This document shows, one piece after another, positions 1 to 13,463 of a DNA stretch of 64,000 nucleotides. The translations under genes were made by a program, and so were the position numbers. The notes under the pieces are model-generated. The model made no database searches. It was not told where the DNA came from and saw only the letters and a list, made by a program, of their open reading frames with translations. How positions within the stretch are numbered: the stretch's first letter is position 1; every line of letters starts with the position of its first letter. The stretch is from Octopus sinensis (lineage: Eukaryota), in the NCBI RefSeq assembly GCF_006345805.1, contig NC_043017.1, positions 14,446,001 through 14,510,000 of the forward strand, read 5' to 3'.

Positions 1-179
1 TGATTGCAGAAGTGTGTGCTTTATTGATATCGGAACTGTGTTTGATTTGATAGAGAGACAGAGGAAGTGGTTGATGAAAATATTTAAAATCTCACCCAAC
101 CTGCCTCATGAACAAGAAGAGCCAAAGAGGCAATACAGAACCGTAGCAGTGAAGAGTTTAACATCTTGGCAGGCATAGT

Positions 180-540
180 TTGTCACTGCTCTGGACTAGG
201 CATTTAGACGACATGTCATCAATAACTAGGCTTCACTGTTATATCTAAGAGGTCCAGGTGACTCCTTGCTGTGGTCCTAAAAGACTCCGCAGGGAACATC
301 AATCTGGTGGCTTATTGTACATGGCAAACACAGGAACTATTGAATAGAGTGAAGATATAGTGGGCCAAGGTTGGTTTTTGATTAAATGTCATGAAAACCA
401 AGATCATAAAAAACAAAGGCTATGCAAGCATATGGCACCCTCAAAGACCATCCATCTCTAATAACAAGTAGTGTCACCCTGTGAGAAGTCAACTAAGCTT
501 GGGTCCATGGCTCACTCTGATGTCAGAATAAAGGAGTTCG
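180..540 (+). mobile_element. Highly decayed non-LTR retrotransposon RT fragment (RTE-like)
   Basis: Remnants read QELLNRV...GF.LNVMKTKI, typical of the region after the RT YADD motif; many stops. Confidence 0.35.
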
Positions 541-1466
541 TTCCCTTGAAAGGCAAAGCCAGTGAGTTGAACCCTCCAGCATATCTAACTCAGTTTCTTT
601 TGTGTCACTGTTAAGTCCTCTATCTGAAGCCTACCTTGCAGAAGTCTCAATGAGTCCATTGGTAGTGGCCATCACTATAGACTGGAGCTAATAGTTACAC
701 AGGAACTGAGTTATTGATATTATCTCAATATTTGACAGATTGTAAGGAAGAACTTGCAAAGCAAACATTGTTTGGTGCCAGGAATAGTCAAGAGCAAAAC
801 GACCATGTGGTAATTAGAGATTTTAATGATGGCAAGGATGAAAATAAATGATTTCACATTTAATTGGATGTTGACTAAAATAACAAAAGGAATTAATTTA
901 TATTTTTTTGAATATGAAAATGACAATCTCTAAAATGGACCCGTATGTGTGTGTGTGTGTGCATGTGTATGCATGCATGCGTGTGTGTAGGCTGTGAATT
1001 GACCGACTTGCCAGAGCATCAAATAGACTGTCTTATGATGATATTTGTTGCAGCTGTGGTCCTGATGATCACAGGGACACCCACCTTCCCATCCAATCCC
1101 TCGCCAAATTGACCAGTATGGACAGGCCAAAAGTCTACAACCAACAGAAGAGAACAATGTTACATTGAAGTTCCGTCCAGCTGTGGATCAACAACATCAC
1201 AAATAAAATGGAAATTAGGGACATCGAATTTGTTTAGATAGATTTATGTGTAACTATATACATACACGGATATACATATATCCGAGCTATATATATCTAT
1301 ATATATATACACACATGTCAATATATGTATAGACATGAGGATATGTAGATGTGTACATGAAAATACAGTCATAGATGTATAGATGCGCATGTGTAGCCAC
1401 ATATATATGTATATAGTTATGTGCATGGGTAGCTATGTAAGTATATACATACATGCATATATATAT

Positions 1467-1573
1467 AACAATTGCAGCATGGAAGGTGTTTGTAAGCCAT
1501 TTAAGAAACACACAAAAGCCGCTTTTGTGTGTTTCTTAAATGGCTTACAAACACCTTCCACGTTGCAATTGTT
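1467..1573. repeat. Near-perfect palindrome (53-bp arms, 1-nt centre)
   Basis: aacaattgcagcatggaaggtg...cacaaaagc C gcttttgtg...ccacgttgcaattgtt, with 2 mismatches. Confidence 0.95.
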
Positions 1574-1629
1574 TTCGTTCCAGCACACGATCTCAGATCA
1601 AATCACTTGCTATGCAAGTACATCTCCAT

Positions 1630-1686
<57 letters not shown>

Positions 1687-1716
1687 GTATATATATGTAT
1701 ATATATGTATATATAT

Positions 1717-2056
1717 GGTGAAGGCACATGGCTCAGTGGTTAGAGCATTGAGCTTAAGATTGTGAGGTTGTGAGTTTGAATCCCGGACTGGGCTATGTGT
1801 TGTGTTCTTGAGCAAGACACTTTATTTCACGTGGCTCCAGTTCACTCAGCTGTAGAAATGAGTTGTGACGTCACAAGTGCCAAGCTGTATCGGCCCCTTT
1901 GCCTTTCCCTTGGATAACATTGGTGGTGTAGAGAGGGGAGGCCAGTATGCATGGGCGACTGCTGGTCTTCCATAAACATCCTTGCCCGGACTTGTGCCTG
2001 GGAGGGTAACTTTCTAGGTGCAATCCCATGGTCAGTCATGACCGAAGGGGGTCTCA
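1717..2056 (+). mobile_element. tRNA-derived SINE with CORE-like domain
   Basis: A box TGGCTCAGTGG and B box GAGTTTGAATCC, followed by ttgagcaagacactt...ctcagctgtagaaatg; inserted in (TA)n. Confidence 0.8.
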
Positions 2057-4929
2057 GCATATATATATATATGTGTGTGTATATGTACTTTTAATTGGAG
2101 CTGCTTTAGATATGTTATCAGTCAACAAATCTTCAGTCCACCTGGCATCAAAGCTGCATAGAATAAGATGTCCATTATATACACACCACATGCAAACATG
2201 AAATCCTGTTTGTTTTAATGTGTTTTGATGGAAATATCAAATATGAGACTTTGAAATTAAAAAAAAGTGTAACCCCTATTCCAATAATAGACGTGTTTCA
2301 ATAATTTAGAAAAAAAATATTTGAAAATTCTTAATTTCTTATTTTACATTTTGTAATATTACAAGAACAGTTGCAGAGTTGGTGCCATTAAATGTTTATT
2401 AGAGTCAGCTCTCTATATTGTAATAGTTCGAATGAGATTTAGAGAGACGGAAAACTATGTAATGTGTAAATATCTATCAATGATCAATGAACAGTGATCA
2501 ATGTATGTTTAATAGTTTAGCTGGAGGCAGAAGTTTGACTATCGAAAGGAAAGAGTGTAGAAGTGAAAGCCTGCTACACACAATTCTTGTGAAGCTTCTA
2601 AATCTATTGACACAGTGAGGAGGAGGAGGAGGATGGTAGTTAGACAAGTAAAATGTTGTATGGAAAGAACTTCATACATTTTTAACTGTATGAACGATGT
2701 GTAATGTAGATTCTATTGATTGGCAAAACTAGTAGTAGTAGTAGCAGCAGCAGCTGTAGTAGAAATGTGGTAGCAGCAGCAGTGGAAACAGTAAGTTAGT
2801 TATGGTAGAATTAAATAAAATGTGAGAGTGAAATGGAGACTGTAACGATGTAATTTAATCAAGTAATTTGTTTTTAATAAATAAATCGAAATGTTATCTG
2901 CTGTAAATGGTGCGTTTGAAAACTGCTTCAGTCAGTTTAATGGCTGTTGTTTAGTCCCAGGTCAGCCTTGATTAAGCAGATCAGCTATAATTAAAAATAT
3001 TCCAACCATGACTATTCCATCTATTTGCAGGAGACTCAGGACTATATTATTCAAGATGTTCCTTTTTAAGAAAGTGGGTCATGGTCTGAGGGAGATTTAG
3101 CTGCTATTTCTACCAGGCTGATTGACTACATCAAGACTCCATCATTGTCTTGTTCACTGTATAGTATTAATATGAGGTATTATTATACACTCGTAGCTGC
3201 ATGAACAATAATCAGATAATCTAACGAAATCAATAAGTTGAAATCTGGAACAGAAGCGAACTAAGGTTGATTTCCTATCATAACGGTAATAGCCTGTCAC
3301 ATTAACATATCAGTTTCCTTGGCAACGTTCAAGAGCAGGTATTCATAACTATGCAATATACAGCCACCCAGGGACCATGGGAGTCAATCTCTACTATTGT
3401 TTTCTATTAATGTACATGACTGAAATCCTCAATGATTTTCTTTCCCCTCCTGTTCCTGGACATCCATTTGTAAATTAAAACCGAGTTATTGGCATTATTA
3501 GATTGGTACATAAGAGAACTGATGATGATGATGATGATGATGATGAGAGATATACAGGTCAGTTTATGGAAGCCTGGAATTGTCACATAGTTGAGAATTA
3601 CGGTTCTTAAATGATTGGAACAGACTTGTTAAAGAGTTGATGATTCAGGTTGTCTTAGATCCCTAAATTTGGTGCAGGAAATTCATGCTAAAAAGGACAA
3701 GGACATTTATGGTTCTACAGAAGCTATTTCTTCTATCTCTCTCTCTCTCTCTCTCTGTATCTGTATGCATGCATGCACCACACACACACACACACACAGT
3801 CATAGCACCAACTACCAGATGATTCATTGTGAATCCTCAGTGATTAAATATCCCATTTAATAAACCTACATTCTACTCTCTAGGTTCCTGTATCTCTACC
3901 CTAACATTCCTGCCACCCATTTAAGTGTTCCAACAGCAAAACACTGATGTTTTATGACAGTTGTTATTTCCTGGTAATATATCAAAGTGGCCACATTGTT
4001 CCTTTGTTCCTGGTTCATTTATATACCACCAACTAGTAATACCACAGCTGCTATATATTGTGTGTTTAAACAACAGTATCTTTAAGTTAGCAGTGGCTGA
4101 GGAGGTGAACAGTCACCGAAACATTGAGATCTGTGAAGAAATTTATGATAAGTATTCCACATTTTCTTCATGTAAAATATTTAAGGTTCATTTTCCACAT
4201 TTGTCAAATTGTAATGGAGACAGACAGACAGACAATCACTCAGTACACTCTATATAGATGGTTGGGAAAGACATTCAGCCAGAGAAGCGATGCCAAACCA
4301 GACACTAGAGAATGACACAGTCTTCCATCTTGGATCTTGTTGAACTGTTCAACATACACCAGCCTGGGAGACAAACATTACTTGATTATGATGGTGATGA
4401 TCACACACCACACACACACACACTTTTGCTTGTTTCAGTCATTGAACTACAGCCACACTGGGACACCATTCTGAAGGGTTAGGGTGAATCAAATCAAGCC
4501 CAGAACACATTTTTAAAGTTTTTAAAATTTTTTTTATCAGTCCCTTCCTTGCTGATCTGCTAATCTAGAGGGATGTAGACAAACCAGCATTGGTTGGCAT
4601 GTAGTGAGACACACACACAAAGGTTACAAGATTCATCCAAAAGTGATTCTACAAAAATATTCCAAATGTTGAAAATCACCAAAAAGTGGTCATCGTAGCA
4701 GTTTTTTTTTTAAATTATAAAAATCTATTTTAAAATGTAATTAACTTTCAAGTGTCTTTACAGCCAGGATAATCTGCTCAAAGATTAATTAAGATGTTAA
4801 TTATATATTGGTGATATAAATTTTAAGGTTACATCTGAAAATGACTAACAAGTTATGCTTTCAAACTGACATACTTCAGACCAGAACTGTTTTTTTCTTG
4901 GGGTGAAACAAAATAACAATAATATTAAT

Positions 4930-5135
4930 GGTTTCAAATTTTGGCACAAGGCCAGCAATTCTAGTGGGAGGAGATAAGTCGATCACATCAACTCCAGTGT
5001 TTAACTAGCACTTATTTTGGGACCTTGAAAGGATGAGAGGCTAAGTCAACCTTGGCAGAGTTTTTATTCAGATTGTAAAAATGAATGAAGTGCCACTAAG
5101 CATTTTGCCCAGCATGTTAACTATTCCACCAGTTT
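4930..5135 (-). mobile_element. SINE copy (same family as 44421-44640)
   Basis: Reverse-complement similarity to 44421-44640 (ggcacaaggcc, gtcaaccttggcagag, ctaagcattt). Confidence 0.6.
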
Positions 5136-5141
5136 GAAGCC

Positions 5142-5184
<43 letters not shown>

Positions 5185-7073
5185 TAATAATAATAATAAT
5201 AAAAATGGTGATGATGATGATGATGATGATTTCTTTCATTTACCAGTGGAGTGAAGGATGTGGGGCACAATATAAAGACAGACACAAAGTGTGAGGGTTT
5301 ACATATAATGAAATAAACAATAAATAAAAAACAAATAATAATAATAATATTCAATGCAATCAAGTGATTGAAGTAGGAGAGCAGACACTTATTTATTTAA
5401 AAAAATGAGAAGCTACAACACAATAAAGTGTTTTATCTGTGGAAAAGAAGAATTTGTGCGAGAAGGAAGAAGAGGAAAAGAGCAAAAGCTGAAAAGAGAA
5501 GTCAGTGGTTTGTGGAGTATAAAGGAAGGCAAAATGGTGTGAGGGATTGTGCGTATTGTTGGTAGAATAAAGGAGAAAATGAAATCAAGGTTAAAGAAGT
5601 CTGGGATTGGAAGACAAGCAGATCTACTACAGAAAACAAAGGAAATTGTTATAAAGAGTAAGGACCCTAAGGAATGGGGTCACAATTTGAAATGAAGAAA
5701 GAATCCTAAAAGACCTTTGGTCAATGGTTATGAACTGTTCTTTGAAATGTAAAAGCAACATAAGATCTGTCTGTGATATGGACAACAACAACAACAATAA
5801 TAATATGTAAATAAATAAATATGTTACTTATCTTGAAGACTTTGATGAAGGTAATCCAAAATTGAAAAGTGGAAACGATGTGTTTTGAGAGTAATCCAAA
5901 AGATGTAGAACACAAGAAGTGCCTCACCTTCTACATACATGCACGTGAGTGTGTGTGTAGATATAACCATATATATATATGTATATATATTTATACACAC
6001 ACACACACATACACACAACGCACTAGTTCAGGTAAAGACTCAAGTAACTGGAGCTATGATAAATTAATCCAAGTCATTTGAACCTGGTACTCCACATGGA
6101 AATATTAGTAATATTTATGTTATAAACATAAGCTGCGAGAATGAAATATAAAAAGAACAACAACAACAAACATGCAGAGGTAAGAGAATTTCTGAGAAGA
6201 AAATTGGTAGAAATAGCAAAGCGAACAGAAATGAAAGAATTTGTAGAAAATGGCAATCTGTGTTTTGGTTTTGATAATCATTTTCAAAGTTTAGAAAACA
6301 GAAAGGATTTCAGACAATTGAAGAAAGAAATGGCACAGGTTTGTGATAATAGCTAAATGGAATAATTTGAAATTAAATAATGAACAAACCAGGTTATTGT
6401 CAAATATTATGCATGCATTTTATACATGTATGTGCACACATACACACACAGATAAAGTGCAGGTGTAGCTGTGTGATTAAGAAATTTGCTTCCCAGTCAC
6501 ATGATTTGGGGTTCAGTCCCACTGTGTTGCATCCTTGGACAAGTGTCTCCTACAATAGCTCCATGACCAATTAAAATTGATTGGATTTGGCTGACAGAAA
6601 CTGATCAAAACCTATTGTGTGTGTGTGTGTATGTGATCTTGTCTCGCCATTGCGTGATAGTTGAGTCACTTTCATTCAAGAAGCGTAATTCATTGCTAAT
6701 ATTTTGTGTGAACATGTCTGGCCACATGATGCTTGGAAACTTTTCCAGGTTTCCAGAGTTTACAGAGGTAGATTTTCTACAGCTGGATGCCCTCCCTGTC
6801 ACCAACCTTCACCTGTTTCCAAGTGAAGCCAGATACATTCTGCAGAACACTGAAAACAAGTGACACTGCATGTATGACATTGATGCTCATTTACAACTAC
6901 CATACAACGTCAGGACAAGGAGACACCAGCACACACACACCCATACAACTGTCTGTCTGTCTGGCCGTCCATCCATCCATCCATCTATCTATCAATTTAT
7001 CTGTCAGCACAAACACAATGGACATTCAGTCAACCAAATCCACTCACAAGGCTTTGGTCAGCCTGGCACTATA

Positions 7074-8343
7074 CGAGGGGCGTTCAATAAGTAATGCCCC
7101 TGACCCACTTGCAGTTGTTTGATCTAGCTGAAATTTTGCATGTGCACTTATTTATACCTCTATAGATTAAGTGGCGAATTACAGCTCTGAACTAATTGTG
7201 GTTTCTGATTTACAGGTGTTTGAACTGAGTCAAGTGTGAAATGGAGCCTGTTGAGTGTCGAGCAGTGATCTGGTTTTTGTATTTGAAAGGACGCACACCA
7301 CGGGAGACTTTTGATGAAATGAAAGTAACTTATGGTGATGATGCCCCATCATATGACCTTGTAAAACGCTGGCATTGTGAATTCAAACATAGTCGGAACT
7401 CTGTGGAAACAGCTCCCAGATCTGGTCGCCCCCTTCTGCCGTTGATGAGACGTCTGTCCGTCAAGTTGAGGCTGCCATTTTCGAAGGTCAACGCATAACT
7501 ATTCGCCAAATAGCCCATAAGGTCAAGATTAGTACCGGGTCTGTGGAAACTATCATTCATGACCATTTGCATATGCAAAAGGTGTCTGCCAGATGGATTT
7601 CCAGGTTGCTCACACCTTTCCAGAAGCAAGAACGTGTTGAGTGCTCGAGGATGAATTTGGAGATGTGCCAAGAAGATGAGTCAAAATTTTTCAAAAGACT
7701 GATCACACAGGATAAAACCTGGGTCCATCACTATGATCCATAGACCAAAGCCCAGTCAATGCAGTGAAAGCACCGTGACTCACCTCCTCCAAAGAAGGCA
7801 AGGGTGCAGCCCTCCGCTGACAAGGTTATGCTCACAGTCTTCTGGGACCAGGACGGAGTAGTGATGACAGATTTCCTGGCAAAGGGTACCACAATTACAG
7901 GAGCCTATTATGCTTCACTTTTGAGGAAATTAAGAGAAGCTATCAAAATCAAGAGGCGGGGCAAGATCAGCAAAGGCATCCTCCTCCTGCAGGACAACGC
8001 TCCGGTCCACAACTCGCGTGTCGCCAGATCAGAAGCACAGGCATGCAGCTATGAACTCCTCCCCTTGCACCCTCTGATTTTCACCTCTTCCCAGCCATGA
8101 AGTTGATTTTGAAAGGAAAGCGTTTCCCAGATGATGCAGCCTTGATTTCTGAAGTCAAGTCGTGGTTGGAGGACCAAGCTGGGATCTTCTACAAAAACGG
8201 TCTCCAGAGCTGTATCAAACGATGGGAGAAATGCATAACTCTGGGTAGTTCCTATGTAGGAAAAGACTAATAACTGTGCCAAGTGTCGTTGCTCTACTGC
8301 TATGGGAAGTGGGTCAGGGGCATTACTTATTGAACGCCCCTCG
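7074..8343 (+). mobile_element. Full-length mariner (DD34D) DNA transposon
   Basis: Approx. 37-bp perfect TIRs (cgaggggcgttcaataagtaatgcccctgacccactt) with TA duplications at 7072-73 and 8344-45; inserted into a SINE. Confidence 0.95.
7241..8270 (+). pseudogene. Mariner transposase pseudogene
   Basis: HTH segment (RAVIWFLYLKG..WHCEFK..PRSGRP), KVSARWISRLL, ITQDKTWVHHYDP, KVMLTVFWD, LLQDNAPVH and LAPSDFHLF. Contains frameshifts and stops, and the YSPD motif is lost. Confidence 0.92.
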
Positions 8344-9639
8344 TAGTAGAAGACACTTGCTCAAGTTGTCAGGCAGAGAGGCTGAACACAAAACTATGTT
8401 GTTAGAAAGTAAAACTCTTCTTACTACAACATTCACATCTGCATGTTGCATGTCTTATACACACACACACACACGTCATGATTCTGCATTGCTTCTGAGG
8501 AGCTTTCCTGTAAATAGTTGCATTGAAAGCTGCAAATCAATGTCTGGGCTAATGAGTTATTCTTTGCTTTCATTGACATGTGATGGTTATACTTATTGCT
8601 GAGAAGACTTGTATAATAAATATCATCATTGCTATCATCTTCATCATTGCTTCAATGTTTAATGCATGGGCCAGCCACAGCATTTTGAGGTAAAACCTTT
8701 CAACAGCCAAGTGCTCTTCCTGTCACAAACAATCATCAGTTTCCAAACAGATACTACCCCAAGTGCTTTGAACAGCGAACAGCTCAATGGTTGGACATAT
8801 TTTGATGGAAGATTGTAAAGCAGTAATGCTACCATTTGTATAAACACTGTGTTTCAATCAGCAAGTAAAACATCAAGACAAGAGGAACACACACACAGTT
8901 TCTCTCCACTAATCCACTGACTATGCATTTATAGTAAAAGACACCAGCACACATTGACCAAGCAAGCGATATTTGTGCAAATATGTTTATGTTTACACCA
9001 GTGTTGTTTATGCTACAATCCTTTGTGTCCCATAACTTAGCAGATCAACAAATAGTGAATGACGAAATAAGCATCAGACTGAAATAAATAATATCTATGA
9101 TGACCAATATGTCGAAGGCTGTAATCCAGGTTGGCCACAGTTCAGTGACTGAAACAAGGAAAAGTCTGCAAGAATTCAGTGAAGATTAATTCTAAAGAAA
9201 GTGATGAGAGAGGAATGGAGTGAAACACAGTAAAAGAGTCACAGTTTATGAAATAATTAAAAGGCACCAGCTGCTTATTACAGCATAATATTTCAGCTGC
9301 CTGGCACAATTTTCATAGATTTCATAGATTAATTAACCAAATGGTATGAAGAAAGTCACAGCTAGTCTTCTTACATTAAATTGTCTTAACCAAATTGTTG
9401 AAATAAGCATCTTAGATGACTTTGATGCTCTCATCAATGAATAGGTTTCCTTGTTCAGAGCAATGATTGGGAAGATGTGTAATTACTTCCCTTCTCCATC
9501 ACTCTCCTCATTTTCTAATCCCTTCATGGACACAACACTCAAAGATTGCCTTATCATTTCTATTCATATTCTTTTACTCCTTTCTATCATTGGATCATGA
9601 CCATTCTGGAGCATTGCATTAAAGGGTTTACTGGATCAT

Positions 9640-10178
9640 ATCAAGCCCAGTCTTAAAGTTGGCACATACACATGTACACAAACATGCATATATATGTGTG
9701 TGTGTGCATGTGTGTATGCATACACCATCACAAGACAATTTTCAGTGCACCTCCCACCCAATAAATTCTGTCACGGACAATATATATATATATAAATATA
9801 TATATCATCATCATCATCGTCACAAACACACGCGACACCCCGACACCAAACCAGCCAGACGATGATGCAACGCGCTGGACAACCGGCAGCGTGGTGCTCC
9901 TTCGGTCATCGCAGCGTTTCATCACCGCTTCAGTCATCCAGCGCATTGCATCGTCGTCTGGCCGGTTTGGTGTCGGGGTGTCGCGTGTGTTTGTGACGAT
10001 GATGATGATGATATATAAATATTTATATATATATATATTGTCCGTGACAGAATTTATTGGGTGGGAGGTGCACTGAAAATTGTCTTGTGATGGTGTATGC
10101 ATACACACATGCACACACACACATATATATGCATGTTTGTGTACATGTGTATGTGCCAACTTTAAGACTGGGCTTGAT
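9640..10178. repeat. Long inverted repeat (approx. 240-bp arms, approx. 60-nt loop)
   Basis: 9640-9852 is the reverse complement of approx. 9964-10178 with only a 2-nt indel. The same peptide appears on both strands in the ORF track. Confidence 0.95.
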
Positions 10179-10180
10179 GT

Positions 10181-10210
10181 TAGGGAGACAAACACAGACA
10201 CACAAACATG

Positions 10211-10260
<50 letters not shown>

Positions 10261-10431
10261 TATATATGACGGGATTCTTTCACTTTCTGTCTACCAAATC
10301 CACTCACAAGGCTTTGGTCAGCCCGAGGCTATAGTAGAAGACACTTGCCCAAGATGCCACTCAGTGGGACTGAACCCAGAACCATGTGGTTGGTAAGCAA
10401 GCTACTTACCACACAGCCACTCCTATGCCTC
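10181..10431 (-). mobile_element. tRNA-derived SINE, 5' half (family of 48558-48967)
   Basis: Minus strand aggcataggagtggctgtgtggtaagtagcttgcttaccaaccacatggttctgggttcagtcccac; A and B boxes present. Confidence 0.8.
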
Positions 10432-10534
10432 ATACATACATATATGTGTGTGTATGTCTAGATATTTATATGTATGATATACGTGTGATATAACTACCAG
10501 TGCTAATCCCTCTACTTATAGGTATATACTTAAA

Positions 10535-11750
10535 TGCCTGGATACTGTCAGTCATGGGGAGCTTTGGAAGATCATAAAGAAGTTTGGCTGTCCCAAATTT
10601 CTCAGCATGGTACAACAGTTCCATGATGGCATGTTCACTCAAGTACTGGACAGCAGAGATTCTTCTGACACATTCCTTGTGTTTAATGGAATTGGGCTGT
10701 GTACTCACACCAACACTGTCCAACATGATGTTCTCAACCATGCTGTCAGATATCTTCTGTAATGACGATGAAACAAAATTCAATATTGGATTCAAGCCTG
10801 ATGGCAGAGTCTTCAGCCTGCAGAGCCTACAGGCCAAGACCAAAGTGGAAGGGAATTCAGTGCATGACTTCCTGCTCGCAGGTGACTGCACATTCAGATG
10901 CAGCACAGCATGAACTGTTTTTTCACTGCCTGCAATAACTTTAGCCTCACAATTAGTACTCAAAAGACAGAGGTCATATGCCAATCTGCCCTACACAAGA
11001 CATATGTGAAACCAACTCTGATTGTCGAAGGAGAGACTCCGAAGGTTGCAGATAAGCTCATGTAGCTTGGCACCAAACTCTCCAGGACATTGATGATGAA
11101 GATGACACACATCACAAAGGAAGCTCAGCATTCAAGTGGCTACATGAATCAGTATGGGAGAGAAGAGGCATTAAGCTGACCACCAAGTTGAAAGTGCACC
11201 AAGCAGGTGTATTGCCTACACTATTGTATGGTCATGAGACTTGGATGTTTACGAATGCCATGCCAAACAGCTAAGCTGCTGCTTCCACATGAGAAAGCTG
11301 TTGTAAATCACCTGGCAAGACAGGGTCCTTGAGAGAGAGGCCCTCTCTTAAGCTGATCTGCCAAGTATTTACACACTGCTGAGGAGAGTGCAAGTCAGGC
11401 GGGGAGGCCACCTTGTTTGAAAAGTGACACATGACTGACTACCCAAAAGACTGTTTTACAGTGAATTGGCAAAATACAAGCACACATGGGGTGGCCAGAA
11501 AAAGCACTTCAAGGACATACTCAAAGTCTCGCTGAAGAGCTCTGAGATCAACACACCAACACTTGGGAAAGGCAAGCGCAAGATCAACCTGCCTGGTAAA
11601 GCCATACAGACAGAGATGCCACCTCCTACAAAAAAAAAAAAAAAATTGCAAGGAAAAATGCAAACTGCACAAGTCCAGAGCCAACTCCTCACCTTCAGAC
11701 CACCAGTGTCTGACCTGCAGCATTTAGTGGACTGACTGGCCACAGCCCAA
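10535..11750 (+). mobile_element. Decayed RTE (BovB-like) LINE, RT and C-terminal region
   Basis: Fragments LWKI.KKFGCP, MVQQFHDGM, GCVLTPTL..MMFS, KLKV.QA.VLPTLLYG.ETW, LPKRLFYSEL and GGQKKHFKDILK. Confidence 0.85.
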
Positions 11751-12513
11751 CACACTGTAATGATGGTGTTGAGGTATCAGGGCTGATCCTCAAAGGGAGA
11801 AGTAGAAAAGAGAACAGGGACAGAAGATAAAGAAGGGTGGATGCATAAGTTGTCAAGGGTGTGAGAGCAGAATGACAAGTGGTTAGGGGCGAACGTAGTG
11901 AATGATGAACAAGGGTGGAGACTTGGGTAGAAAGGGAAGAAATAGCAGTGGATTGGGAAAGAAGAGCTGAGAAGTGAGAATACAGCCAAAACTGAGAGCA
12001 GAAGAATATTTAAAAGGGAGACAGATGTGAGATAGGGTGGCAATGGAGGGTGGGGTGGGGTGGAGGTGAGTAGATGAAAACTGTAGAGAGAGAGGCACAT
12101 AATGACAGATTTGGAGGTTAGAGGTACATAAGGGTGGATATAGCAAGTGGCAAACAAAGGTGCAGGGGTAGTCAATGGCAGATATGAGAGAGTCTTAGGA
12201 ATAAAATCTGGTAGTTTTAAGAAATAGCTGACCAGAAAGGCAAAAAGAATGACTCAGAAGGGATGATGAGTAAGAAGGGACAAGACTAGGAATGAAAGTG
12301 ATTCCAGGGAGTACAAAAAAGGGAAAAATATTGAGTTTCTTCTCATAAAATTACAACAGAATAGTGCAGTAGTTAGAAGAGTGATGGTGGGATGGGAGAT
12401 AGGAAGTTGAGGAAGAGCCAAGTTATGTGTAGGACCCACTTGTAGGACCTGTTTGGTTGTGTGCATGTCTGCATGTGTATATATATATACACACACACAC
12501 ACATATATGTATG

Positions 12514-12559
<46 letters not shown>

Positions 12560-12769
12560 TACATTTACATATGCATATATGTGTGTGTACTATTCTACTT
12601 AGAAGCATATTCAAAGGTACATATGTATAAATCTGTTAACGTTTCAAAGCATTAAATGGTGAAATTAAGTTGTCTGCTAAATTCTAGTGAAAACATATTT
12701 TATAGTGAATGTAACTCTAGTTTTTGTATCTCCATCAATAAATATGGCCTTGTTATTTGAAAAATGTTG

Positions 12770-12818
<49 letters not shown>

Positions 12819-13318
12819 CACACACAACCCATGACAATATTGAAAACGGACATTAAATGATGATCACACACACACACACAAACAGAAACGTACAGATCAT
12901 TTTCTGTCTGTTATTTGATACAATTAATTCCTTGTCACAAGACCTCCTAGAAATAATAACCAAATCTCCCACATATCTCATCTCACTATTTCCTCAAGAC
13001 TCATAATTGTCAGTAAAAGACAAGATGGTCACAAACTGGAATATATTTAATCAAATGCCAGCTAAATGAGGACTGACTCGGGGCTAAACACCACCACCAT
13101 GACAGTGTCATAGAGGATTCTACATGAAACTTCACACCTTTTCTAACCCACACGTAGGAAGAATTACCCTTTTTCTCTCTCCCCCCTTAATTATCATACA
13201 TTTTAATTAAAATCTCTCAATATATGTCTAATTATGTTGATAGAACGACACCATCTGGATTCAATCAACTCCAAGTGAAAACGAAAATCATTATCATATA
13301 TGATAATTATTAGTTTTG

Positions 13319-13463
13319 GTAGCAGTCGTAGCAGCAGTAGTAACAGCAGCAGTAGCATCGGTAGTAACAACAACAGCAGCGGCGGCGGCGGTGGTGGTGG
13401 TGGTGGTGGTGGTGGTGGTGGTGGTGGTGGTGGTGGTGGTGGTGGTGGTGGTGGTAGTCGTGG
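13319..13463. repeat. (AGC/AAC)n followed by (GGC)/(GGT)n trinucleotide repeat
   Basis: About 25 consecutive GGY units. Confidence 0.95.

Noticed and set aside
720-926. Minus ORF containing HMVVLLLTI, superficially like Cav2 exon 2 (YMVLLTII)
   Set aside because: Lacks PFE and ANC, and has no U12 branch point or AC acceptor.
1560-1605. Minus-strand ctgaga-tcgt..acga-aaacaattgca, hammerhead-like
   Set aside because: Core does not fit CUGANGA/GAAA..UH and there is no stem I.
1863-1876. 14-bp palindrome containing a CRE (ttgtgacgtcacaa)
   Set aside because: Lies inside a SINE body; no evidence of regulatory use.
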